Below, piece after piece: positions 34,001 to 47,799 of a stretch of 64,000 nucleotides of DNA. Position numbers and translations under genes: made by a program. The first letter of the stretch is position 1, and every line of letters starts with the position of its first letter. The stretch comes from Macrostomum lignano (lineage: Eukaryota). Where the stretch lies: NCBI GenBank assembly GCA_002269645.1, contig NIVC01002283.1, positions 123,112-187,111 of the forward strand, read 5' to 3'. Below the pieces are notes generated by a model. It saw only the letters and a program-made list of their open reading frames with translations, had not been told where the DNA came from and ran no database searches.

Positions 34001-37000
34001 ACCCGCTGATCTCCGGCTTCACAATGGGCGTCGCGATTCACGTGTTCTCCAGCCAGATCAAATACGTTCTTGGAATTAAAGTGCCCAGGCGAAACGGCGT
34101 GTTCAGCCTGCCTCTGGTGAGCTGGGATCTTTCTTGTCATCAATCAACTTAGTCCAATGCTCTCAAGCTGAAGCAGCAATCAGTTTCCTCTCCTGGGGAC
34201 CAAAGTGCAGGCCAGCCAAGCAGATGTGTTAATCAAACTTTCTCTCCCCATCTGGCTGCCCTTATCTGCCCGGAAAATCCCAGTTCCAACTCAGGGCGCC
34301 GTTTCGCATCCAGAGCGGCGCGAGTTATGAAGTTAATGGAAGTTCTCCATCATCGCATACCCGCCGGGATTGGAGTCTGGACAGAATTAGACCCGGATCT
34401 GAGAGGTTCGCCCCACCCAGTAATGCATTGCCTGTCGTGCAATAGCAGCAGAAACCTAATAAGATTTTATTAAGATGATTACATACACCTGATGGTCTCG
34501 AGTAGTGCAACGGTGTTAATAACAGTGAATCAGTCGGACGTGTTCTCGAGTACTCTTCAATGCGATAACTTTCTTCCAAAAAATTGCAGCACTATTTTGA
34601 TCTGCTGCGCAACATCACGGAGACAAACTTCGTTACGGTGGGCATAGCAGTTGTCTCCATAGTGATCCTGTACGGCACCAAGGAGTTTGTGAATCCCAAG
34701 GTTAGGAAACGGATCAAAGCACCTCTACCAATCGAACTGCTCATTGTGAGTACCATTTTAAAAAAAATTATATCTACTCCATAACAATGTCAGTCAAGTG
34801 AGCCATTGTCATTCATATTTTTCATTTTAGGTTAGCCTAGGCACCATACTTTCCTACTTCCTGGATTTAAAGAAAAATTACAATGTCCAGATTGTCGGCA
34901 CAATACCCACTGGGTGAGTTTCAGGCCTTCCACGCGTCTTTTAGGGGAGTTCAATGAAGTCCTACCGCCTGGGCATGGATCGTAATTGATTTATTTGATA
35001 TACTGTAGAACTACTGAATGAAGTCTGCTGTTACAGTACCCTACTGCTCCTTTTCCCTTCAGCGACTGCTGCCCCTCCCCTCAGATCCTTCAGCGACTGC
35101 TGCCCCTCCCCTCAGATCCTTCAGTGCCTGCTGCCCCTCCCCTCAGATCCTTCAGTGCCTGCTGCCCCTCCCCTCAGATCCTTCAGCGACTGCTGCCCCT
35201 CCCCTCAAATCCTTCAGTGGATGCTGCCCCTCCCCTCAGATCCTTCAGTGGCTGCTGCCCCTCCCCTCAGATCCTTCAGCGACTGCTGCCCCTCCCCTCA
35301 GATCCTTCAGTGCCTGCTGCCCCTCCCCTCAGATCCTTCAGCGACTGCTGCCCCTCCCCTCAGATCCTTCAGCGACTGCTGCCCCTCCCCTCAAATCCTT
35401 CAGTGGCTGCTGCCCCTCCCCTCAGATCCTTCAGTGGCTGCTGCCCCTCCCCTCAGATCCTTCAGTGGCTGCTGCCCCTCCCCTCAGATCCTTCAGTGGC
35501 TGCTGCCCCTCCCCTCAGATCCTTCAGTGGCTGCTGCCCCTCCCCTCAGATCCTTCAGTGGCTGCTGCCCCTCCCCTCAGATCCTTCAGTGGCTGCTGCC
35601 GCTCCCCTCAGATTTTCAGTGGCTGCTGTAATTTCACCAAGCATCTGTAATAAAGGCAATCACCTACTGTACCTCGCAGCCAGCATTTTCAACTATTCAT
35701 ATTAGTTCCTGCAATCATTTATTTAATTATGTGCCCCAAACAGAATTCCACCGCCAGAGCTGCCGGACTTCAGCATCCTTCGAGCCTCAATGGCCATTGA
35801 AATTGTCACCATCGCCATCATAGCCTTCTCAGTTTGCGTCTCGCTAGCTAAGATATTCGGCAAGAAGCACAATTATGAAGTTGCGCCAAGTCAGGTAAGA
35901 CTAAATTTAATTTTAGTACTACGTGATAGTGATTTAGAAATCAGCCAGCAGAATACCAAGTTAAACCAAAACTTACTTGCATCGGAGTCTAAATTGACTT
36001 TCTAGTTGCACAAGTAAAAAGCAGTTTTCCTTCATTCAACAGGAGCTCATTGCCTACGGAATCTGCAACACGGTCGGCTCCTTCTTCCATTGCTGGCCAG
36101 CTGGCACCTCATTGTCGCGTTCGGCTGTTCAAGACAGCATGGGCGGCAAGACCCAGGTGGCGGCCCTGTTCTCGTCCACTCTGCTGCTTCTAGTGCTGCT
36201 GTTTATTGGGAAATATTTCGAATCGGTACCGAACTGTTGCCTTTCCGCCATCATCATTGTTGCGATCAAAGGGATGCTGGAACAGGCCAAGGAGGCGCCA
36301 GTACTCTGGCGCCTGTCACCCTACGATTTCTGGACCTGGATTGTGGCCTGTCTGGGCGTCGTGTTCCTGGCAGTGGATTACGGCCTAATCCTCGGGCTGG
36401 CCTTCTCTGTCTGCAGCATCATTGTTAGAACTCAGTCGCCCACTTCTTCTATGCTGGGTCACATACCGGACACGGATCTGTACAAGAACGTCCTAGCATA
36501 CGATGACGTGAGCAAAGGGTCTTTGGGTTGGCCTGCTGAGATAATAGCTGGAGTGAAGATTAGGCTTCCGTTTTTAAGCGTTGTTTTCGTTTCTGGTTTA
36601 GTCAATGATGTGACTCACAGATAAGACCTATGCACAGTTTGTGTGAAGCCGTGAGCCGTGTGAAGTTTTTAACGCTGAAATTTTGGTTCATTTGTGGACG
36701 TCTGCGTTCCAGAGAGTCGATCAGATAGTCTAAGTTCTAGTCATCAACTTTTCTGATATTCTGCTCATTCCTGATGACGGACAGTATCTGGCATTTAGAT
36801 TGTTGAATAGAGTTAACAGTAAGCTATAAAAAGTTAGGGTCGAAGTCATACGGATGAGGTGTTAGGTAATATTGAGGGAATTTGGGGTTGTTTAGCTACA
36901 GTTTTTTGCTGCATTTCTATTTCAATTTCATCTCAACAATGTCCCTCCCTAACAAAGATCGAATTGGTCGACGGCGTTAAAATCTTTCGCTACGAGGGCT

Positions 37001-38406
37001 CGTTGTACTTTGCTTGCGCCGAGAACTTTCGCGACAGTCTGTACCACAAGAGCGGCGTGCATCCGCGCAAGATGCTGCTGGCCAGACGCAAACTCACAGA
37101 AAAGTACGCTAAACTGGCGGCTAAGAAGCTGCAAAAATCGCCGGAGGTGTTGAAGAAAGAATTTTCTAAACTGACCGACTCTGAACGATCCGAGGCTCTG
37201 AAAGAATTTGGCCTTCAGTGGCCTCCAGTGCCGGTGGATCACGTGATTTTGGACGCCTCCACCTGGGGCTACATTGACTACGTCGGCGTGCGAGCTTTGA
37301 ATCAGACAATTCAGGAATACAAGGAGGTCGGCATTCGAGTGTACTTGGCGAATCCGAAATGTGAGATTTTTCTAGAAATATGAGTTTTTCAATGATTAGC
37401 CTAGGATATTGAAGACGTATCAGGCTTGACTATGCTAAAACAGGATTTTAACCAAATTCTCGATCCTTAACCGTAACTTTTTAGCCCTTGTCGGTCACGC
37501 CATCTACACTGTAGACGTCAAATTGAAATTAACCCAAAATCTATTCAATTGAATCACATTGTGTTGTTCGCGTGCGGTCATCTAGTATTCAATTCTATTG
37601 TAGAACGCGTTTGCTTTATTATAATACTGACTCCAGCTCGTTGACTTCTGCTTTGAATATTCTTTTTGAGATAGAGTCACGCCCGTATCCTGTTGGCCTA
37701 ATTCAAGGATATAAAAATTGTTAAACTCCTGGTGCTCCTGCAGCGATCCATTCCCAGCAAGACAGGCAACGAAACTCACAAGTCCTCTCCTGCTATCCTT
37801 GCCACCTAGATGCACCTAAAAGCTCGTTATAGTAGGCATGTTGTCAGATACTTACATAAGCGCACTGTCTGTGAATCCTCGGCCTTGACTTTCTCATTGG
37901 CAGACAGTATTGATTGCACGAACCCATAACAAATAAACATCATGCAAAAGCATACAGACGCACCACAGAAACGGAAACTTTGGTGCCAAGATCAGATCAG
38001 ATCAGGAGGGGCTACCGTTCTGTCTACCTGACCTACCTGATGACTACCATGAACAACCGTAGACATACATGTACGGTAGTCATTAATTGCAGCTTTTGCT
38101 CAAGTGTGTAAAAAATGCCATTTACCGAATTAACCAATCATCACAGGCGGCATTCGAGCCTGTCTGCAGCGCTCCGATTTCTACGAGAAGAACGAACCGG
38201 ACATTATCTACGTCTCCGTGCACGACGCTGTCCTTGCCGCGCAGTGTGAACAGAGGGAGGCCGCCGCCAAAGGCGGTGACACTCGCGCCGTCGCTGCTGT
38301 ACAAGCCGCCAACTTGTCTGTCAATCAACCGGCTGCTGATGACGATGGCGCCGGTGAAGCTGCAATCGAAACTAGTGCAGAAGATAACGCTGATTTAAAG
38401 GCATAA
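31006..38406 (+). CDS. SLC26 anion transporter (prestin/SLC26A5-like) with STAS domain; exons 31006-31060, 31327-31851, 33081-33478, 33952-34116, 34590-34745, 34831-34913, 35744-35894, 36043-36507, 36958-37360, 38147-38406
   Basis: Family motifs WLLADFISGLTVGIMHIPQGMAYA, GLYTSFFP, YLSDPLISGFT, P.ELLIV, QELIAYG, SLSRS, GKTQVA, KIFRYEGSLYFA, YIDYVG and SVHDAV. All nine GT-AG introns are phase-consistent. The exact orthologue cannot be determined. Confidence 0.92.
31925..32125. repeat. Short minisatellite, ~42-bp unit (ctctgacacccgattgtcctaatgcgaggcctgattgataac), SLC26 intron 2
   Basis: About five degenerate copies. Confidence 0.85.
33740..33835 (-). mobile_element. Diverged SINE family B fragment (SLC26 intron 3)
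   Basis: gccatgtacactctgtctgccttgggggttagccctca resembles gcatgtacacttcactgtgccttgggggttgaccttca of 21215-21458. Confidence 0.45.
35050..35630. repeat. Minisatellite, 31-bp unit (ctgctgcccctcccctcagatccttcagtgg), SLC26 intron 6
   Basis: Visible tandem copies. Confidence 0.97.
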
Positions 38407-38494
38407 ATGAAACTGCTTCTGTGTGAACTGTGGCGTGCGTAGGAATTTGTCTTGCCAAGGGGATGAAACCCTTTGGTGTCTTAGGAACGAGCCT

Positions 38495-39258
38495 GTCCCT
38501 TAGGTGGGCTTCACTCTCTCTTAGGTGGGCTCCACTGTCTCTTAGATGGAAGCCACTGTCTTTTAGGTGAAAGCCATTGTCTTTTAGGTGGGTTCCACTG
38601 GCTCTTAGGTGGACTCCCCTGTCTCTTAAGTGGGCTCCACTGTCTCTTAGGCGGGAGCCACTGTCTCTTAGGTGGAAGCCACTGTCTTTTAGGTGAAAGC
38701 CACTGTCTCTTATGTGCATGGGCTCCACTGTCTCTTAGGTGGGAGCCACTGTCTTTTAGGTGGGAGCCACTGTCTCTTAGGTGGGAGCCACTGTCTCTTA
38801 GGTGGGAGCCACTGTCTCTTAGCGGGGGCGCCTATCTCTTAGGTGGGAGCCCCTGTCTCTTAGCGGGGGCGCCTATCGCTTAGGTGGGAGCCCCTGTCTC
38901 TTAGGTGGGAGCCACTGTCTTTTAGGTGGGAGCCACTGTCTCTTAGGTGGAAGCCACTGTCTCTTAGGTGGGAGCCACTGTCTCTTAGGTGGGAGCCACT
39001 GTCTCTTAGGTGGAAGCCACTGTCTCTTAGGTGGGAGCCACTGTCTCTTAGGTGGGAGCCCCTGTCTCTTAGCGGGGGCGCCTATCTCTTAGGTGGGAGC
39101 CACTGTCTCTTAGGTGGGAGCCACTGTCTCTTAGGTGGGAGCCACTGTCTCTTAGGTGGAAGCCACTGTCTCTTAGGTGGAAGCCACTGTGTTTTAGTTT
39201 GGAGCCACTGTCTCTTAGGTGGGAGTCACTGTGTTTTAGTTTGGAGCCACTGTCTCTT
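38495..39258. repeat. Minisatellite, 21-bp unit (ttaggtgggagccactgtctc), 3' of SLC26
   Basis: Visible tandem copies. Confidence 0.96.
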
Positions 39259-40244
39259 CATCATAAGTACCGAATGTAGAAGCCGTGTCCATGAGGTGGC
39301 TATCGTGGAGCTCCCATCATTCACCGAGGTTGTTGGCCTCATTAGAAAAGGCACACTTTTATGGAACGTGCCTATGATTTATTGGTGGATTGGAGGGATC
39401 ATGGACCCCGGCCTCACTACATACAGCGTGTACACCACTTTGTGTGAATAAGTCTGCGTTTCAGAACCAGGTAACTTTTTCCAAGAAATAAGGGACTTAG
39501 AGGAATACAACGGTGGAGGGAACAACTTGCAATACCTTTGAAACCCATGTACCCACAGCTGACAAATCTTCGGTAAAGGTATGAAAACATTCATGGTTTT
39601 AGGTCGCAAGATTCCAAAGGATTCTACAAACTGCTTTACTTGCTGGATTATTTTTTTCTCTCAATTTTTTCTTCTCAACCACAGCTCTGCAATTATTTTA
39701 TCTTGCATCATCAACTCAAATGCAACTTTATTTAGACGTCATAAAACATTTTATAAAAACTGGATTGGTAAAAACTTTATCGCTACTACTAGTAATACAT
39801 AGAGAATCCTTTTTGGAAATTATCCTTAGCTGAGGCCACTTACTTTATCAGCAGTTAATGCTTTTAAATCAAATTATGCTCTTTATACATTTCTTTTCAA
39901 CCTAAATAATACAATAATGGGTTTTTATGAGCTGTCTTAGATATAACTGTTTAGTTCCTTAGATGCGTTCCATTTTTCTGTTTATTAAATATCCGAAAAT
40001 CTATAATAATGCATAATCATAAACAGCAATTTTTTTGTTTCTTTTATTACTGTGCAACCGTGATTCCAGGTTTTCTTGGAAATGGTGTTGTTTAGACTGT
40101 CATAACCGCAACCGCAATGTACACGTGTATTATGCATGACAATATTGCTGCAATCGTAGATATTTGTCTAAGAATTTCTCTCAAACTTGAGAGCCTGGGA
40201 ATCATCACTCTGCGCCATAGTGACACTGGCGTATTCGCTGACCT

Positions 40245-40615
40245 CTCATGACCCCCTTATGACCCTTAAAGATCTCCCCTAATGACTCTTTTAATGACCC
40301 CACTTAATGACCCGCTCATTACTCCTTTAACGACATCTTAATGACCCCTTAGTAACCTCTAATGACCCTCTAATGGTTTTTTATAAAGAGTCTAACGACC
40401 CGCTAATGACATTTTCATGATTCCTATAATGACGCTCTTAATGACCCCCTAATGACTTTCTCACGACTCTTTTAATGACCCCCTAATGACCCTCTTAATG
40501 ACCCTCTCATGACACTTTTAACGATATCCTAATGAAACTTTAGTTAGTGACCCCCTAATGACCCTTTTAATAACCCTCTCATGATCTAATTTATGACCCT
40601 CTAATGACCCCTTTC
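40245..40615. repeat. Old degenerate short-period repeat (taatgaccc core)
   Basis: More than 20 recurrences of aatgaccc/atgac with irregular spacing. Confidence 0.85.
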
Positions 40616-40972
40616 CAAGAGTGCAACAGTAAAAGTACACAAATTTAACTACATCAAAATTCACAAAGTTACATGTATATCTCACTAATTGCATCTATTT
40701 TATTGCTTCTACTGTCCATCCGAATTGTATCTGAATATATTGATAACAGGAATATTTATCACTGCTTCATTTCCGGCCAATGGGAAATATAGATGTGTAC
40801 TACAAAGTCCCTTATGAAATGCATAATATATAGCAAATAAATCATTTTAATTGGCAATGCATATACAGAGTTCCGTTCAGTACGTTTTATCATCTGCAAA
40901 CAGGTCACTGCAAAAGATTTTTAACAACGCTTTTGTTCATTTCCGTCTATAATTGATTTTTGACAGATTTCT

Positions 40973-42048
40973 AGTGGCGCCCCTGTCCCTAATGGTGGGC
41001 ACACCTGTCCCAAATGGTGGCGCCCCTGTCTCAAATGGTGGCGCCCCTGTCCCTAATAGAGGCACCCCTGTCCCAATGGTGGTGCCCCTGTTCCTAACGG
41101 TGGTTCCCTATCCCTAATGGTGGCGCCCCTGTCCCTAATAGAGGCGCCCCTGTTCCTAATGTTGGCTCCCCTGTCCCTAATGTTGGCTCCCCTGTCCCTA
41201 ATGGTGGCGCCCCTGTCCCTAATAGTGGCGCCCCTGTCCCTAATGGTGGGGCCCTGTCCCTAATGGTGGCGCCCCTGTTCCTAACGGTGGTTCCCTATCC
41301 CTAATGGTGGCGCCCCTGTCCCTAATAGAGGCGCCCCTGTTCCTAATGTTGGCTCCCCTGTCCCTAATGTTGGCTCCCCTGTCCCTAATGGTGGCGCCCC
41401 TGTCCCTAATAGTGGCGCCCCTGTCCCTAATGGTGCAGGCGCCCCTGTCCCTAATAGAGGCGCCCCTGTCTCTAATGGTGGGGCTCCTGTCCCGAATGCA
41501 TGGTGAGCACCCCTGTCCCTAATGGTGGCGCCCCTGTTCCTAATGGTGGCGCCCCTGTCCCTAATGGTGGCGCCTCTGTCCCTAATGGTGACGCCCCTGT
41601 CCCTAATGGTGACGCCCCTGTTCCTAACGGTGGTTCCCTATCCCTAATGGTGGCGCCCCTGTCCCTAATAGAGGCGCCCCTGTCCCTAATGTTGGCTCCC
41701 CTGTCCCTAATAGTGGCGCCCCTGTTCCTAATGTTGGCTCCCCTGTCCCTAATGGTGGCGCCCCTGTCCCTAATAGTGGCGCCCCTGTCCCTAATGGTGC
41801 AGGCGCCACTGTCCCTAATAGAGGCGCCCCTGTCTCTAATGGTGGGGCTCCTGTCCCGAATGCATGGTGAGCACCCCTGTCCCTAATGGTGGCGCGCCCC
41901 TGTTTCTAATGGTGGCGCCCCTGTCCGAATGGTGGCGCCCGTGTCCCCAATGGTGGCGCCCCTGTCCCAATGGTGGCGCCCCTGTCCCAATGGTGGCGCC
42001 CCTGTCCCCAATGGTGGCGCCCCTGTTCCTAATGGTGACACCCCTGTC
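40973..42048. repeat. Minisatellite, 21-22-bp unit (ggtggcgcccctgtccctaat)
   Basis: Visible tandem copies with internal block duplications. Confidence 0.96.
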
Positions 42049-42624
42049 GCTAAACTGAGTTTCAAAAGGCCAGATTTTGCCGCCCTCACGGTCTAAACTA
42101 GAAATTGACAAGTAACATCAGTCAGTCGAAATTTTACATCAAAGAATGAAGAGTTTCAATATATTGTTTACATATTCAAGACATACTTGAGATTCAAATC
42201 CCAGCTACAGTTGAAATTATATTATTTATTGTAATTTGTAACCATATAGGAGCAAACATAGGATTATAAACTAACAAATAGAAAGGAAATTTGCTTGAGT
42301 TGCGAAGCCTAGACTGGTTTTAGTTCTATTCGAAGTTGAACGATTAAAATGCAAGTCAGGCATGAAAGTTAAACTTTGCCTGCATTTCAATTATCTCTGG
42401 ATATATATATATATATATACCGATTGTATACATGGGGCTTTGGCCTATTAATTAATGCGAAGATTCAGCTAACCTGCTAAGAATTCAAAGCATATCATAT
42501 TTTCGATTATGATCTTTTTTACACTGTACTTGCATCTTGCATGCACGTCTGGTAAAATCAAGAGTAAGGAAATGCGAGATTGGAATTTCAAGACAGAAGA
42601 TTTAAAAATACAAGCAGGAACAAA

Positions 42625-43150
42625 AGAAGGGAATCTCAGGGACTCACAGGGATCCACGGGGGGAGGGAATCACAGGGACTCACAGAGAGGGAATCACAGG
42701 GACTCACATGGAGGGAATCACAGAGATTCACAGGGAGGGTATCACGAGATTCACAGGGACGGAATCACGAGATTCACAGGGGGGAATCACAAAGATTCAC
42801 ATGGAGGGAATCACGAGATTCACAGGGAGGGAATCACAAAGATTCACAGAAATTACAGGCAGGGAATCACAGGGACTCACATGGAGGGAATCACAGAGAT
42901 TCACAGGAAGGGAATCACAGAGATTCACAGGAAGAGAATCAGTGAATCACAGAGATTCACAGGGAGGAAATCACAGATTCACAGGAATCACCAGGTAGGG
43001 AATCACAGGGACTCACAGGGAGGGAATCATATAAAGTCACAAGGAGGGAATCACAGAGATTCACAGGAAGGAACTCACAGAGACTCTCTGGGAAGGACTC
43101 ACAAGGACTCACAAGGACTCTCAGGGAATCACAGTGATTCACATGGATTC
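42625..43150. repeat. Degenerate minisatellite (gggaatcacagagattcaca-like)
   Basis: Visible degenerate tandem copies; ORF 42509..43165 is its translation. Confidence 0.9.
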
Positions 43151-44601
43151 ATAGGAAGAGGGTGATGATCTTAAATCATAAATGCAGCATGCTATAGTCT
43201 GCACTGTCAGTGCAATATTTGCTCACTGCATAGTACATGTGAATAGAGACTTTCCCTTGTAGTTGTATGGTCAAGGCTCATTCACACTGCCATTAAAGGA
43301 GCTATAAAATCACGCGCCCAATGTACAAAGGAATCAAATGTGATGTGATGTACAAATTGTGTGATCACCATGGTCACACATTGCAACTCACATAATATAT
43401 TCACATAGACCATGACTCAGCACTCAGCAGTCGCCAGTGTCTGCTCAAGTTTCTATATTTTTTCTAGAGCACGCTAAAGTGGGTAGAAGTTGGACTCGGG
43501 CTTTTGCTGCAATTTGCTGCAACAGCTAGTCTAGAATTAGAACGGAAAAACTTCCAACTGAGAGTGTAGAGAGAATTAAAATGAAAGACAAACCATATCT
43601 TTCATTTCTTGCTCTAATTTTTTTTCAGTTTCGAGCGTCATTGGAGACGGAGAGAAACAGAGCTAGCATTAAAATTGCATTGGAATTGGAAATAGGTAAA
43701 ATGGAAATGGAAAAATGGAAAAGAAATAAAAAGAAATTTCTTTACTTGGCCTGTGGCCTGTGGCTGGCAACGCATGCAGATGCAATGCATTCTTTTTAGT
43801 TTACAACTCCAAGCCCAGGAGCGTTCTAGCTTCTATTGTGCTACAAGTGAGGCATTGGCAAGCAAGAGAGAGGGAGAGGGAGAGACGGGACGGGAACCAT
43901 GGCAACGGCCCCACTTGAGTTATAGCCTCAAGGCTCACTCCCTCTCCAGCTAAGGGGGCTGCTAGAGTCTGGCAAGCGGGCAGAATTATTGGGCTATGCT
44001 ATGGCCATGGGGGTAATTGCTGTAGCATACTGCCCGCCTACTGCACAGCCGAAGTCCCATGCATGCATGCAGTGTGAGCGTGGAGGGAGTGACGAGACGA
44101 GTGAGTAAGCGAGCGAGTGGGCTGAGTCTGAGGGCAATCCACTGAATCCAGTGCAAGGCGCGCCGGCGTCGCATGGGTGGGTCTCTTAGGGGGGTTTGGG
44201 GATTGTGGGGTGCTAGAGAAATCTAGCAAGGGCTGGCTACGCCCTCAATACCAATACAGCAGGGCCTAACAGACAGCAAGCATAGACTGGGGTAGAGAAA
44301 ATCCTTCCTTCCCTTCACACTGGGGGGCCAGGCAGGGTTGGGTTGGAAATGAAATTTAGGGGGGGGGGGTTGAAGCCTGAGGGTGAGTCACATCGCGTGG
44401 CTTCAGCCCCCTCAGCCCTTCACTGCCCAAAATTATCGATTTTTCCTACCCCTACTAGGAGTGAAAGCCAGCGCAAACAATTGAGGTACGGGACAGGGGT
44501 TTGTATTTGATCTAAAATCTACAACTAGCGTACACTGATATAGTGTACATGACTGAAAAAACCCCGCCCAACGCCTTCCGACCCATTTTCCGTCCCCACA
44601 C

Positions 44602-44683
44602 ATCGCTATTGGCAACGCGGGCTTTACAGCATAATGGCCAGATACCATGTTGCCGTTGGTTACGCCGGGCCAACTCTATAAAA
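44602..44683 (+). promoter_or_regulatory. Alpha-tubulin promoter: two X-boxes and a TATA box
   Basis: GTTGCC-GTT-GGTTAC at 44649-44663 is a perfect GTNRCC-N3-RGYAAC match on the minus strand. ATCGCT-ATT-GGCAAC at 44602-44616; TATAAAA at 44677-44683. Confidence 0.75.
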
Positions 44684-44799
44684 TAGAGAATTCTGAGCCC
44701 GCTCCGAGACGCCTCATCGCCAGCTCTACAGCTAACTTCAAGCTCGTCAAAGCGTTTTGTCTTCTACAGTCTCCACGCCTCTTTCTAGGCTAATCAACC

Positions 44800-46256
<1,457 letters not shown>

Positions 46257-47513
46257 ACAGTGAATAAAAGCTGCGAAGATGAAGCTAACTACAAAAACTG
46301 ATTAATCATCTTTTTAGTTGCTCGTCGGACTCCTTTTTTATTACTCGCTCCTCTAAATCCCCCAGCTTATTCTTAACCACGTTTAATCAACCATTTAAAT
46401 TACTGACAGTGTTACATCCGTGCTGCTGGTCTATCGATTTATTTCGGTGGTTCTGCAGTCGCGTGTTGCATAAATTGAAGTGGCGGGAGCCAAGCTCGTA
46501 GTCGTTGCAGTGCGTGCTGTTCAGTGAGCAAAGACGCGTGACAGTGGCGCAGTCAACCTCTGAACCCACCGTGTGGGCTTCATGTTGCTGAGCTCTGTTT
46601 CCTGCCTCTTACTATATTTGTCTGGCTGCTTTGCTCACTGAGGTTTAAATGGCTGTCCTTGTGTCCGGGTGATGGTTCCCAGTAGAGGACTTGGTTGTGC
46701 GTTTTTTTCTAACAGAATTTGAGAAGGCCACGTCTGATTCCATCGTCAGTTGTGACTATCTTATATTGTTGCCATCAACAACGGCCAATCAGCTTAAGTT
46801 TAACTGCTGTCTGCCTCTATAACACCAGATATCCACTTAACAACTCTATGATTTAAATAAAATTGGAATCTTTTCATTTCCACATCTTTTCGTCTTGAGA
46901 CTTCATTTTGCCAAAGAGCAACTTTACTCTACTACTTGCCAGAACTAAATAGTAACAGTAGTATATGCTGAATCAGCAGTTCATTAGTGTGGGCGGGGGC
47001 GGCGATCTTCACATGGTGTCCAAAAGGGTGCTATGCGTCCAAGCAACTCGAATTAAGCATGTTACTCTTAGGTTGTCAGCATGCATGCATTTTTAGCTCG
47101 TACTTGCAGGTGGTTCTTTAGAAATCTGATTAGTGTCTAAAGTAAGTGTTACTTTTGCCCATACATGTAGATTTTCAATGCGTACCTGAAATTAAACCAG
47201 CTTGGTGTCATTTGATAGCGGAAAATTAAGAAAATCACTTAATGTATTGGGCCTATATGGTGGCCCATTAGTTACAAAGGGGTAATAAGTTACAAAAGGA
47301 GTAATTCCGGGGGTATACCAAGGACCCTTGGAATTGTTATTACATGTACATTATTACATGAGAATTACAGTACATTAGCACATTCTCATGCATCATTATG
47401 GACAGAAAATGATGCCTGCATCGGTTTCTGATGAGTCAGGGTCGAAATTAGAAAATCGGCCTTCAAAATTTTTGCTCAAATTTGGAGTGGTGCGTACAAA
47501 GAGGAATCTCTAA

Positions 47514-47758
47514 CAGGGACTACTCAATACTCGGGACAGGAAACGACAATATTTGGAGGCCGATCTACATGTATATCAATACATTAACTTACATGTAGTC
47601 CTTAAAAGCATTACTTCGATTAGGCCCTATACCTTGTAGTCAGTGAGTTTGTGTCTGGTATAATCCAAGCGATGCTTTTCGAGGACTACATGTAAGTTAT
47701 TAATAGATCGGCCTCCAAAATATTGTCGTTTCCCGTTCCGAGTATTGAGTAGTCTCTG
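47514..47758. mobile_element. hAT-type MITE / foldback element with ~100-bp TIRs
   Basis: cagggactactcaatactcgg...acatgtagtcct mirrored by aggactacatgt...ccgagtattgagtagtctctg. CAG...CTG ends; flanks ATCTCTAA (47506-47513) and ATCTCTAG (47759-47766). Confidence 0.8.
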
Positions 47759-47799
47759 ATCTCTAGCAGCACTTTTATGCATGACCTGGTGATGTAGCT

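Noticed and set aside
36610-36780. ATGATG...CTGA C/D-box snoRNA-like motifs in SLC26 intron 8
   Set aside because: Box C is imperfect, there is no terminal stem, and no rRNA/snRNA complement was recognisable.
39270-39620. Non-repetitive stretch with partial ORFs after the 21-bp array
   Set aside because: No frame gives a recognisable protein and there are stops in all frames.
197-43165. Many long repetitive ORFs (e.g. SPLSHTPL, CQNPTSDL, YTRGAPQ, MLAIWG, TVVQTESA, APPLRSF, GNHRDSQ)
   Set aside because: All are translations of minisatellite arrays, open in several frames at once, with no splice or codon-usage support.
47426-47460. Hammerhead-like core CTGATGA-GTCAGGGTC-GAAA
   Set aside because: Stem II has a central mismatch, and I could not form convincing stems I and III around an NUH site in type I or type III topology. 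An RNAMotif/Infernal search would settle it.
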